From: Mobula hypostoma
Taxonomy: Eukaryota
NCBI RefSeq assembly: GCF_963921235.1
Contig: NC_086108.1
Location: forward strand, 33,482,001-33,546,000
Direction: 5' to 3'
DNA length: 64,000 nucleotides
The stretch's first letter is position 1. Each line of letters opens with the position of its first letter. The position numbers and the translations under genes are program-made. Shown here in pieces: positions 10,817 to 23,059 of this stretch. The notes under the pieces were generated by a model. That model saw only the letters and a program-made list of their open reading frames with translations. It did not search any database and was not told the origin of the DNA.

Positions 10817-13625
10817 AAAACAACAGGAATTCTGCAGATGCTGGAAATTCAAGCAACACACATCAAAGTTGCTGGTGAACGCAGCAGGCCAGGCAGCATC
10901 TCTAGGAAGAGGTGCAGTCGACGTTTCAGGCCGAGACCCTTCGTCAGGACTAACTGAAGGAAGAGCTAGTAAGAGATTTGAAAGTGGGAGGGGGAGGGGG
11001 AGATCAAAAATGATAGGAGAAGACAGGAGGGGGAGGGATGGAGCCAAGAGCTGGACAGGTGATTGGCAAAGGGGATATGAGAGGATCATGGGACAGGAGG
11101 TCTGGGGAGAAAGACAGTGGGGGGGGGAACCCAGAGGATGGGCAAGGGGTATAGTCAGAGGGACAGAGGGAGAAAAAGGAGAGTAAGAGAAAGAATGTGT
11201 GTATAAAAATAAATAACAGATGGGTTACGAGGGGGAGGTGGGGCATTAGCGGAAGTTAGAGAAGTCGATGTTCATGCCATCAGGTTGGAGGCTACCCAGA
11301 CGGAATATAAGGTGTTGTTCCCCCAACCTGAGTGTGGCTTCATCTTTACAGTAGAGGAGGCCGTGGATAGACATGTCAGAAAGGGAATGGGATGTGAAAT
11401 TAAAATGTGTGGCCACTGGGAGATCCTGCTTTCTCTGGCGGACAGAGTGTAGGTGTTCAGCAAAGCAGTCTCCCAGTCTGCGTCGGGTCTCGCCAATATA
11501 TAGAAGGCCACATCGGGAGCACCGGACGCAGTATATCACTCCAGCCGACTCACAGGTGAAGTGTCGCCTCACCTGGAAGGACTGTTTGGGGCCCTGAATG
11601 GTGGTAAGGAAGGAAGTGTAAGGGCATGTGTAGCACTTGTTCCGCTTACAAGGATAAGTGCCAGGAGGGAGATCAGTGGGGAGGGATGAGGGGGACGAAT
11701 GGACAAGGGAGTCGCGTAGGGAGCGATCCCTGCGGAAAGCAGAGAGAGGGGGGAGGGAAAGATGTGCTTAGTGGTGGGATCCCGTTGGAGGTGGCGGAAG
11801 TTACGGAGAATAATATGTTGGACCTGGAGGCTGGTGGGGTGGTAGGTGAGGATCAGGGGAACCCTATTCCTGGTGGGGTGGCGGGAGGATGGAGTGAGAG
11901 CAGATGTACGTGAAATGGGGGAGATGCATTTGAGAGCAGAGTTGATAGTGGAGGAAGGGAAGCCCCTTTCTTCCCTCGTCCTGGAATGAAAAGCCTCATC
12001 CTGAGAGCAGATGCGGCGGAGACGGAGGAATTGCGAGAAGGGGATGGCATTTTTGCAAGAGACAGGGTGAGAAGAGGAATAGTCCAGATAGCTGTGAGAG
12101 TCAGTAGGCTTATAGTAGACATCAGTGGATAAGTTGTCTCCAGAGACAGAGACAGAAAGATCTAGAAAGGGGAGGGAGGTGTCGGAAATGGACCAGGTAA
12201 ACTTGAGGGCAGGGTGAAAGTTGGAGGCAAAGTTAATAAAGTCAACGAGTTCTGCATGCGTGCAGGAAGCAGCGCCAATGCAGTCGTCGATGTAGCGAAG
12301 AAAAAGTGGGGGACAGATACCAGAATAGGCTTGGAACATGGATTGTTCCACAAAGCCAACAAAAAGGCAGGCATAGCTAGGACCCATACGGGTGCCCATA
12401 GCTACACCTCTAGTTTGGAGGAAGTGGGAGGAGCCAAAGGAGAAATTATTAAGAGTAAGGACTAATTCCGCTAGACGGAGCAGAGTGGTGGTAGAGGGGG
12501 ACTGATTAGGTCTGGAATCCAAAAAGAAGCGGAGAGCTTTGAGACCTTCCTGATGGGAAATGGAAGTATATAGGGACTGGACATCCATGGTGAAAATAAA
12601 GCGGTGGGGGCCAGGGAACTTAAAATCATCGAAAAGTTTAAGAGTGTGAGAAGTGTCACGAACATAGGTCGGAAGGGATTGAACAAGGGGGGATAAAATC
12701 GTGTCGAGGTATGCAGAAACGAGTTCGGTAGGGCAGGAGCAAGCTGAGACAATAGGTCTGCCAGGACAGGCAGGCGTGTGGATCTTGGGTAGGAGGTAGA
12801 AACGGGAAGTGCGAGGTGGGGGAGCTATAAGGTTGGTAGCAGTGGATGGGAGATCCCCTGAGCGGATAAAGTCGGTGATGGTGTGGGAGACAATGGCCTG
12901 GTGCTCCTTAGTGGGGTCACGATCGAGGGGTAAATAAGAGGAGGTATCCACGAGTTGTCGCTGTGCCTCGGCAAGGTAGAGGTCAGTACGCCAGACTACA
13001 ACAGCACCCCCCTTATCGGCGGGTTTAATAATAAGGTTAGGATTAGTGCGGAGGGAGTGGAGAGCAGAGCGTTCCAAGGAGTGAGGTTGGAATGGGGACA
13101 AGGTGCGGTGAAGTTGAGACGGTTGATATCCCATTGGCAGTTAGCGATAAAGAGATCCAGAGCAGGCAGAAGACCAGAGCGGGGTGTCCATGAAGAAGAG
13201 GAGGGTTGAAGACGGGAGAAGGGGTCATCGGTGGGGGTGGAAGAGTCCTTGCCGAAGAAGTAGGCTCGGAGACGGAGACGGCAGAAGAAGAGTTCCGCAT
13301 CGTGGAAAACACGGAACTCGCTGAGGTGTGGGCGAAGGGGGACAAAGGTGAGGCCCTTACTGAGGACAGAGCATTCTGCCTCCAACAGTTAAAGGTCTGA
13401 GGAGATGGTAAAAACCCGGCACGGATGAGAGCTGGGATCAGAGGGGGGAGGGGAGAGGCTGGGGGTGTCAATGGAGAGGGGAGGGTTGGGGTGAGAGGAA
13501 GATGGAGCCTCTGAGGACCGAGGAGCTGACGATGGGATCTGAAGGAGACGGGATTGCAGAGTATTGGTGGGGGAAGGGGAGACGGGAGTCACAATAGCAG
13601 CACATAAAGACCCGGCCTGGAGTTT
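10817..13625 (-). mobile_element. Penelope-like retroelement (Neptune-type): RT, Cys-rich linker and GIY-YIG endonuclease; frameshifted, 5'-truncated
   Basis: ORF 11569-13134 has PLE RT motifs (IIKPADKGGAVVV, FYLLPKIH, GRPIVS, MDVQSLYTSI, GVAMGTRMGP, RYIDD). ORF 11246-11572 has GVIYCVRCSRCGLLYIGET. The linker PCKRNKCYTC lies near 11625-11660. Direct repeat CCACTG at 10811-10816 and 13626-13631. Confidence 0.95.
10916..10951 (-). ncRNA. Minimal type-I hammerhead ribozyme motif in the PLE 3' terminal repeat
   Basis: Minus strand reads AGTC-CTGACGA-AGGGTCTCGGCCT-GAAAC-GTC^GACT. Core boxes are intact, stem I is AGTC/GACT, stem II is short, and stem III is the palindrome ACGT. Predicted cut between 10920 and 10919. 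Confidence 0.8.
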
Positions 13626-15260
13626 CCACTGACTTTCCTTTGTCTATCCTGCCTGATGTTCACTCAAAGAATTCCAACAGAATTGTTAGGCAAAATTTTT
13701 CCTTAAGGAAACCATGCTAACTTTGGCCTATTTTATCATGTGTCTCCAAGTACCCCGAAATCTCACCCCTAATAATGGTCTCCAACATCTACCAAACCAT
13801 TGAAGTCAGGCTAACTGGCCTATAATGTCTTTTCTTCTGCCTCTCTCCCTTTGTAAAGAGTGGAGAGACATTTGCAATTTTCCAGTCCTCTGGAGCCTAC
13901 CAGAATCTTGTGATTCTTCACTACAAATACCTCACAATCCAAGCACCTTATCCCTAGTAATAGCAACTACACACAATACTGGACCGTGACATGCTTGAAT
14001 TTCTGGCATATTGCTGGTGTCTCTCATAGTGAAGACTGACGCAAGATTACTGAATTCATCTGCCATGTCTTTGTCACTATTACAGCCTCTCCAGCATCGT
14101 TTTCCAGCAGTGAAATATCCACTCTCAGCTCTGTTTTACTGTTTATATATCCGTGGGAAAAACTGGTATCTCATGGGCATTCTACAAATCCCTTCTCCTG
14201 GGATCCAGCACTAAGTTGATTTTCAAGTCAAGTCTATTGTCATTTAACTACATACACATATATAAAGTACATAACCACAGAATATATATAGAAACAAGAC
14301 AATGTTTCTCCAAACCCAGGTGCAAAGCACACTAGTACACATAACACACAATAACTTATGAAGGTAAGGATAAAATCTACAGATGAATCACACATAAATA
14401 ACAAACTAAAATGCATTAATATTAAATATTGTAAGGTATGGAACAAGTTAACCAGTGACACTTCGAATACGATACGGCAGGGAGTTCAGGAGCCTAATGG
14501 CCTGGGGGAAGAAGTTGTTTCTCATCCTGACCATTCTTGATTTTATGCATCATAGTCTCCTGCCTGGTGGTAGAAAGTCAGAGAGGATGCTGGATGGATG
14601 GGTGGGGTCTTTAATAATACTAAGGGCCCTGTGTACACAGCAGTCTTGATAAATGTCCCTGATGGATTGTAGGGAGACCCACATGATCCTCTCAGCTGTT
14701 CTCACAGTCCTTTGTAGGGACTTCTGGTCCGATGCTCGACTTCACCCATACCAGAGAGAAATGCAACTTGTCAGTTTCTCAAGTGTCCTGCATATTGAAA
14801 TCCCCAAAGACTATTGTAACATTGCCCTTTTTACACACCTCTTCTCTCCTATTTGTAGCCCACATCCTGGCTACTGGTTGGAGGCCTCTATATAACTCCT
14901 ATCAGTGTCTCTACCTTTGCAGTTTCTTAACTCTACCCACAGAGTTTCTACATCTTCTGATTCTATGTCACCTCTTTCTAAGGATTTGATTTCATTTTTT
15001 AACTAATAGAGCCACCTCACCCCGTCTGCCTACCTATATGTCCATTCAATACAATGTGCACCCTTGGTTGTTGACTTGACTTGAAAATCAAGTTGGTGCC
15101 GAATCCCAGGAAAAGGGATTTGTAGCAAGCCCACGAGATACCAAAAGTTTTTTCAGATCTCCCAACAGTTATCTTCTTTCAGCCACGACCCAGTGATGCT
15201 CACATCATACCTGCTAATCTCTAACTGCGCTATACTAGATCATCTACTTTATTCTATGCG
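13626..15260 (-). mobile_element. CR1 LINE, upstream part with deletions and nested insertions
   Basis: Antisense homology to CR1 ORF2 (RT N-part and APE region) of the copies at 24-27 kb and 45-47 kb. Confidence 0.8.
14224..14775 (-). mobile_element. Rex1/Babar-type LINE 3' fragment
   Basis: (caagt)n tail at ~14224-14235 and a Rex-type C-terminal region (aacaacttcttccccc.. on the minus strand). Confidence 0.75.
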
Positions 15261-15529
15261 CTGTGTGCATTCAACTATAACACCCTCAGTTGTGTATTCA
15301 TCACCCTTTTCAATTTTGCCCCCATGTTACCAGAAGTTAAATTCCTATCCCTTTGTAAACTACACACTGCATCTACTTGTTTACCAACTGCCCCATCCTG
15401 AGGGGAGAGGGAGGGACATTTTTTTAAAATCAGAATGGAAATAAATACGAGAGAGTGCAGTTTCTTTAAGCCAAATTACACTTGGCTAACCATTCTTTGC
15501 TGAAGTAATTGAGAGAACTGACAAGAGCA

Positions 15530-17925
15530 GTATGTTTATATGTCTTATGTACGTCGAGACCTACAGTGAAATGCGTTGTTTATGTCGAAACAAATCAGTG
15601 AGGATTGTACTGAGCAGCCCACAAGTTTTGACAAGCTCTTGGCACCAACATAGCATACCCACCACGCAGTGACGCTAACTGTTCATCTTTGGAAAGTGCG
15701 AGGAAACCGGAGCACCCAAAGGAAACACGGGCAGTCCCGGAGCACCCAAAGGAAACACGGGCAGTCTTGGAGCACCCAACGGAAACCCAGGAAGTCCCGG
15801 AGCACCCAAAGGAAACACAGGCAGTCCCGGATCACCCAAAGGAAACACAGGCAGTCCCGGATCACCCAAAGGAAACACGGGCAGTCCCGGAGCACCCAAA
15901 GGAAACACAGGCAGTCCCGGAGCACCCAAAGGAAACACAAGCAGTCCCGGAGCACCCAAAGGAAACACAGGCAGTCCCGGAGCACCCAACGGAAACACGG
16001 GCAGTCCTGGAGCACCCAAAGGAAACACAGGCAGTCCCGGAGCACCCAATAGAAACACAGGCAGTCCTGGAGCACCCAACGGAAACACGGGCAGTCCCGG
16101 AGCACCCAACGGAAACACGGGCAGTCCCGGAGCACCTAAAGGAAACATGGGCAGTCCCGGAGCACCCAAAGGAAACACGGGCAGTCCCGGAGCACCCAAC
16201 GGAAACACGGGCAGTCCCGGATCACCCAAAGGAAACACAGGCAGTCCCGGAGCACCCAAAGGAAACACGGGCAGTCCCGGAGCACCCAAAGGAAACACGG
16301 GCAGTCTTGGAGCACCCAACGGAAACACAGGAAGTCCTGGAGCACCCAAAGGAAACACAGGCAGTCCCGGATCACCCAAAGGAAACACAGGCAGTCCCGG
16401 ATCACCCAAAGGAAACACGGGCAGTCCTGGAGCACCCAAAGGAAACACAGGCAGTCCCGGAGCACCCAAAGGAAACACAAGCAGTCCCGGAGCGCCCAAA
16501 GGAAACACAGGCAGTCCTGGAGCACCCAACGGAAACACGGGCAGTCCTGGAGCACCCAAAGGAAACACAGGCAGTCCCGGAGCACCCAATGGAAACACGG
16601 GCAGTCCCGGAGCACCCAAAGGAAACACGGGCAGTCCCGGATCACCCAAAGGAAACACGGGCAGTCCCGGAGCACCCAAAGGAAACACAGGCAGTCCCGG
16701 ATCACCCAAAGGAAACATGGGCAGTCCCGGAGCACCCAAAGGAAACACAAGCAGTCCCGGAGCACCCAAAGGAAACACAGGCAGTCCCGGAGCACCCAAT
16801 AGAAACACAGGCAGTCCCTGAGCACCCAATGGAAACACGGGCAGTCCCGGAGCACCCAAAGGAAACACAGGCAGTCCCGGATCACCCAAAGGAAACATGG
16901 GCAGTCCCGGAGCACCCAAAGGAAACACAAGCAGTCCCGGAGCACCCAAAGGAAACACAGGCAGTCCCGGAGCACCCAATAGAAACACAGGCAGTCCCTG
17001 AGCACCCAATGGAAACACGGGCAGTCCCTGAGCACCCAACGGAAACACAGGAAGTCCCGGAGCACCCAAAGGAAACACAGGCAGTCCCGGAGCACCCAAC
17101 GGAAACACGGGCAGTCCTGGAGCACCCAAAGGAAACACAGGCAGTCCCGGAGCACCCAGCAGAAACACAGGCAGTCCCTGTGCACCCAACGGAAACACGG
17201 GCAGTCCCGGATCACCCAATGGAAACACGGGCAGTCCCGGAGCACCCAATAGAAACACAGGCAGTCCCTGAGCACCCAACGGAAACACGGGCAGTCCCGG
17301 AGCACCCAAAGGAAACACGGGCAGTCCCGGAGCACCCAAAGGAAACACAAGCAGTCCCGGAGCACCCAAAGGAAACACAGGAAGTCCCGGAGCACCCAAC
17401 AGAAACACGGGCAGTCCCGGATCACCCAATGGAAACACGGGCAGTCCCGGAGCACCCAATAGAAACACAGGCAGTCCCTGAGCACCCAACAGAAACACGG
17501 GCAGTCCCGGATCACCCAATGGAAACACGGGCAGTCCGGAGCACCCAAAGGAAACACGGGCAGTCCCGGATCACCCAAAGGAAACACAGGCAGTCCCGGA
17601 GCACCCAATGGAAACACAGGCAGTCCCGGATCACCCAATAGAAACACAGGAAGTCCCGGATCACCCAAAGGAAACACGGGCAGTCCTGGAGCACCCAAAG
17701 GAAACACAGGCAGTCCCGGATCACCCAAAGGAAACACAGGCAGTCCCGGAGCACTCAACGGAAACATGGGCAGTCCCGGATCACCCAACGGAAACACGGG
17801 CAGTCCCGGAGCACCCAAAGGAAACACAGGCAGTCCCAAGGACACAGACTCTTTACAAACAGCAGTGGGAATTGAACCTGATCTCATAGCTGACTCTGTA
17901 AAACATTAGGCTAACTGCCACACTT
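15530..17925 (-). mobile_element. tRNA-type SINE hosting a minisatellite expansion
   Basis: B-box GGTTCAATTCCC on the minus strand at 17867-17878. SINE body flanks the array on both sides (ggcaccaacatagcataccc..gaggaaaccggagcaccc / cagactctttacaaacagcag). Confidence 0.8.
15708..17837 (+). repeat. 30-bp minisatellite, about 71 units
   Basis: Consensus ggaaacacRggcagtcccggaKcacccaaH, directly visible. One 29-bp unit occurs near 17537. Confidence 0.98.
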
Positions 17926-18609
17926 ATGTGGTTTAAATTTTTGAAGCTCTTTAGTAAAATAACACACCATAAACTTCAGCAAAATCAGAATACATGGGCA
18001 ATCATCATGCAGGTAAGAAAATGGCTAAGATAATAAAGCATTTTTTGTGTAATGACTCTACTAAATGACGTGCTATTATTGGACATTTCATATCAGAAAT
18101 CTGTAAAATTACTAAACATCAGATTATGAAATTCCTTCAATCCTTTTGCCACCTCACTCACAGTATCCTCCTGGGGGCAAAAAGAATATCATTGCCAAAT
18201 CTGGTATGAGTTCATTACTACAGCAGAGTTACCTAAATCCCTTGACATTCACATGGTTCTTCACATTGTTTTTTTGAGTTTAAACTTCCTTTAATCTGTA
18301 ATCGATTTTATACAATTTCATCCAGCTGTGGGGATCAGACTGGATGAGATAGAGTTCTCTCCATTAAAAAGTTTAGGACACTGCATTTTCAGTCTAAACC
18401 AGGTGATCCCAACCTTTTTTATTCCATGGACCCATACCATTAATTGGGAACCACGATCTAATCCTAGATATTTTAGGATCTCTCTAAAATCAATTTAATT
18501 CTGTTCATTGATGGCAAACAATCTGCTGGTCTGTTGATCAGCAATAAACCAATTCCTTTCTGCCTTTTGTTGGGTATTTATGAATAGTGCATTGGCCTTC
18601 ATTAGGTTT

Positions 18610-18890
18610 GGCACAGTAGCGTCCAGTCAGTGCAACACTTTACAACACTAGCTATAAGATCAGGGTTCAATTCCTGCAGCTGTCTGTAAGGAGCTTGTAT
18701 ATTCTCCCCATGACTGTGTGGGTTTCCTCCAGATACTCTAGTTTCCTATGTTATGCTACGTTGGTGCCAGAAGCATAGCGACACTAGTGGGCTACTCTGC
18801 AAAATTCCAGCTAATTTGATTTGACACAAATGGTGCACTGCACTGTATGTTCTGAAGTACGTGTGACAAATTAAGCTAATCTTATCTTTA
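18610..18890 (+). mobile_element. tRNA-type SINE
   Basis: ggcacagtagcg head, B-box gggttcaattcc at 18663-18674, and body ..ctccccatgactgtgtgggtttcctcc.. Confidence 0.8.
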
Positions 18891-18959
18891 AATATACCTT
18901 GTACAATACAGGCATCACCATCTGCTTTGTAATTAAAGGCCCTCCTAGGTAACAAACAT

Positions 18960-20890
18960 GAATGAATGAAGACAAACATAAAAAATTGTTGAAGAAAGAC
19001 AGAATAAGGAATACAGAATAAATAGCAATGATGATAACCATAGGACATACGAAAATATAAGAGCTATAGTCAAGATTGCCAAAAGGCAGGTTGAGAAGGA
19101 TATTGCTGCTAATGCCAAGATTGACCCCAAGAGATTTTTTCAATACTTTAGTTGTAAAATAAGTCAAGGAGGAAGTTAAGTGTATTAGGAATAATAGTGG
19201 GGTGTTAAATTATGCAGAGAAGGACATAGTGGATACTCTTAACTCATATTTTGCTAATGAATTCACCTGCGAAGATGTTAACAACAAGCCTGTGAGTGTG
19301 GAGAAAAATAAGGTTGTTTTAAGTGTCATAGAGATCTTAGAAAGTGAAGTCCTGCTTCAGCTGAAAGTTAATAAATCTCCAAGGCCAGACAACATATATC
19401 CAAGGGTATTTAAAGAGGTCTGTGATTATATATACAAATCCCTAATGTGTATTTTTCAAAAGTCATTGAAGACTGGTGAATTCCCTAAGGACTGAAAATG
19501 GGCTAACATTGTCCTGCTCTATAAGAAGGGTAACCGCACTGACTCTGGTAACTATAGATCAGTAAGCTTAACGTGTATCCTAGGCAAGATAATGGAAACA
19601 ATAATAAAGAATGAGATGGGAAAACAGTTGATAAGAACAGGCATGTTAGCAGAAAGCCAGCATAGTTCAGAAAGGGGAAATCATGTTTTACTAGTATGCT
19701 GGAGTTCTATGACGAGGCAACTAAAATTTATGATAACAATATGGCGGTTGATATAACTTACTTGGACTTTCAGAAGGCCTTTGACAAGGTAGCCCACGAG
19801 AGTTAATAATCAAATTACCGGAGGTAGGAATTCAGGGTAGGGTGTGCGAATGGGTGCAGAATTGACTCAAAAACAGAAAACGAGTTATGCTGAGAGGAGC
19901 ATTTTCACACCCAAAAGTTGCTAAAAGTGGGGTTCCACAGAGATCAGTTTTGGGGATGCTGCAGTTCTTAATTTACATTAATGATTTGGATAAGCACAGA
20001 ACAAATAAACTAGTAAAGTTTGTCAATGATACAATATTAGGGGGACTAGCTGATAACATTCACACAGCAGAATCAATATAGTTAGTTCTAAACAAAATCC
20101 AGATGTGGGCAGATAAATGGCAGATGAAATTTAATATAAGTAAATGTAATGTATTACATATAGGAAGTAGAAATATTAGATATAAATATACAATGGGGGG
20201 TTTTGAGTTAGGAAGTGTACTGTATGAGGAGGATTTGGGGATCCTGATAGACTTATCACTATCAACATCTAGACAATGCACAGAAGTGATTAGGAAGATC
20301 TTTAGAATGTTGTACTATATAATGCGCTCAGTGGAGCTTAAGTCGAGAGATGTTCTCCTTAAGCTGTATAACACACTTGTGAGGCCACACCTTGAGTACT
20401 GTGTACAATTTTGGTCTCCATATTGTGTGAGTGATGCAAAGGCACTGGAGAGAGTTCAGAGAAGGGTGACTAGACTCATTCCAGGTCTGCAGCTATGAAG
20501 AAAGATTGAAATAATTACATATTTTAACCTAAGCAGACGTAGGATGAGCGGAGAAATGATAGAATTGTTCAAAATCATTAAGGGCATAGGTAAGGTGGAT
20601 GCCATATGCTACTTCAAAATTAATCTATCTTCAAGGACATGGGGCTATAGGTGGAGACTGGTTAAAGGAGATTGTGTACTAACATCATGAAGCATTTCTT
20701 TAACACAGTGAGTTGTGGACACATGGAACAAATTACCTAGTTATGTAGCTGAGAGTAGTACCTTAGAGACTTTCAAATCTAAATCTGATAGTTATGTCAA
20801 CACACTATGTGAACAGGATTTTGGCAAGATTTGTTGGGCAGAATGGCCTGTTCTTGTCAAAAACTTTCTAATGTTCTAACGTTCCAAGTT
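18960..20890 (+). mobile_element. CR1 LINE (AT-rich subfamily), decayed ORF2
   Basis: ORFs 19202, 19887 and 20103 carry KSPRPDNIYPRVFKE, SGVPQRSVLG and LYNTLVRPHLEYC. ttctaatg-type tail near 20866-20888. Confidence 0.9.
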
Positions 20891-20944
20891 TTCAGGTGTC
20901 TAAAAGTTGTTATTGTCCATATGTCAGAAAACACAATATCAAAG

Positions 20945-21595
20945 CTTAAAGTTCAAAGTTAAATTTATTATCAGAGTACATACATGTCACTGAATATGTA
21001 GAACCCTGAGACTCTTTTCCCTGAGGGCATACTCAGCAAATCTATAGAACAGTAACCGTAAACAGGATCAATGAAAGAGCAAGAGCACAGAAGACAACAA
21101 GCTGTTGAGATGCAACTATAAATAAATAGCAATAAATAATAAGAGCTTGAAATAACAAGATAAAGAATCCTTAAAGTGAGATCATTGGTTTTGGGAACAT
21201 TTCAATAGATGTGTGCAATTATCCTCTTTTGTTCAAGAGCCTGCTGGTTGAGGGGTAGTAACGGTTCTTGAAGCTGGTGGTGCAAGTCCTGAGGCTCTTG
21301 TACCTTCTGCCTGATGGTAGGACTGAGAAAAGAGCATGGCCTGGGTGCTGAGGACCTTTGATGAAAGATGCTGGTTTTCTACAACAGTGTTTCATGTAGA
21401 TGTGCTCAATGATTGGGAGGGCTTTACCCATAATATACTGGGTCAAATCCACTACATTTTGTAGGATTTTCTGTTCAAAGGCATTGGTGTTCCCACACCA
21501 GGGTGAAATGCAGCCAGTCAGTACACTTTCGACCACACATCTACAGAAGTTCGTCAAGCGTTTTGATGTCATGTTGAATCTTTGCAGCGTTCTAA
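20945..21595 (-). mobile_element. Rex1/Babar-type LINE 3' fragment
   Basis: ORF 21219-21638 (FCRCVVESVLTGCISPW..HPGHALFSVLPSGRRYKSL). Confidence 0.85.
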
Positions 21596-21859
21596 GAATT
21601 CTAAATATGGTAACTATACCTCCACAGTATCGTAGCAAATGGCATCAGAAGTAGATATTTTGTGAAAAAAACAATTACCAACAGTGGAGAGGGAGAGAGA
21701 GGAAACTGGTTCTGCTAGTTATAGGAGTGAACCTAGGACCTATGACCTGCTATTCAAAGGAGTGAACCTAGGTACACAGGTCAGACTCTCAAATTTAACA
21801 ATATTGGGAGGTCAGTCAGAAGGAGGGGTGATCAAAAAGGGGACGGTCTGCCTCATCAC

Positions 21860-22510
21860 AAGGCCACACAGTCATCTTTGATCGATGACCTTATTGTTAC
21901 CTTTGATGACTCTAAATCATGGTATAAGTAGGAAATCAGGAGGTCATAAATCGCTGTAAAGATCTTCAGGTAAGTATGGACAAAGAGGATCATGAACAAG
22001 AAATGGGACACACCACTTCTCATCGGGGGGGCAGCTGTGGACACTGTGAGCCGATTCAAGTTCCTGGACATCAACCTCTCAGGGGATCTATCCAGGGCCC
22101 AACATCATGATGCAGTCAGGAAGGCGGCACATCAGCAACTATACTTCATTAGGAAATTAAGGAGGTAGGTCACCAACAAGCCCAGCAAATTTCTATAGGT
22201 GTACCGTGGACAGCATTCTGAGTGGTTGCATCACCATCTGGTTTGGAGGCTCCAATGCACAGGGTCGAATAGAGGGTTGTAAACTCAGTGAGCTTCACTG
22301 TGGGCACTAACTTTCCCGCCATTGAGGACATCTGCAAAAGGCAGTGCCTCAAGAAAGAAGCATTCATCATCCAAGACATACCCTCTTCTCATTACTACCA
22401 TTAGGGAGCAGGTACAGGAACCTGTCGACACACTCAGCATTTCAGGAACAGCTTCCTTCCCTCTGCCATCAGATTTCTGAACAGTCCAATCCACAAATTC
22501 ATGAATATTA
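21860..22510 (+). mobile_element. Rex1/Babar-type LINE fragment
   Basis: Homologous to 6850-7550 (FKFLDINLSGDLS, LLPLGSRYRNL). Confidence 0.8.
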
Positions 22511-22704
22511 CCTCATTATTTCTCTCTCTCTCTCTCCCCCCCCCTTTCTCTCTCTATATTAGAGAGACAGAAAGAAGTAGTGAGGTAATATTTATGAGTA
22601 TTCATACATATACGTATATAATTCTGAAAGCAAATTAAAATACTGTAGATGATGTAAATCTGAAATAAAATTAGAAATGCTGGACATTTTCTACAGATCA
22701 TACA

Positions 22705-22970
22705 GCACAGTTCAGGGGTAATATGATGGGGAGCTTCTTTACTCAGAGAGTGGTAGCTGTGTGGAACGAGCTTCCAGCAGAAGTGGTTGAGGCAGGTTCA
22801 ATGTTGTTGTTTAAAGTTAAATTGGATAGATATACGGACAGGAAAGGAATGGAGGGTTAGGGGCTGAGTGCAGGTCGGTGGGACTAGGTGAGAGTAAGAG
22901 TTTGGCACGGACTAGAAGGGCCAAGATAGCCTGTTTCCGTGCTGTAACTGTTATATGGTTATATGGTTAC
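22705..22970 (+). mobile_element. CR1 3' end fragment
   Basis: FFTQRVVAVWNELP-type coding sequence and a (tatggtta) tail. Confidence 0.8.
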
Positions 22971-23059
22971 ATGGAGGAAGAAGCAGAGATAAGGTTGGTA
23001 ACATTTCATTTGGAATCCTTGGCTGATGAGTGTAAACATCAATATGCAGTAAATCATTA

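Noticed and set aside
15708..17837. CRISPR-like array of ~30-bp repeats
   Set aside because: Units are head-to-tail with no unique spacers, there are no cas genes, and the context is vertebrate.
15669..17889. Long ORFs (617, 650, 583 and 224 aa) that look collagen-like, mucin-like or Cys-rich
   Set aside because: All are translations of one 30-bp repeat inside a SINE. The 10-aa period breaks the Gly-X-Y register, both strands are open, and there is no signal peptide or unique domain.
17860..18680. B-box motifs as tRNA genes
   Set aside because: They are SINE heads, and no cloverleaf can be formed.
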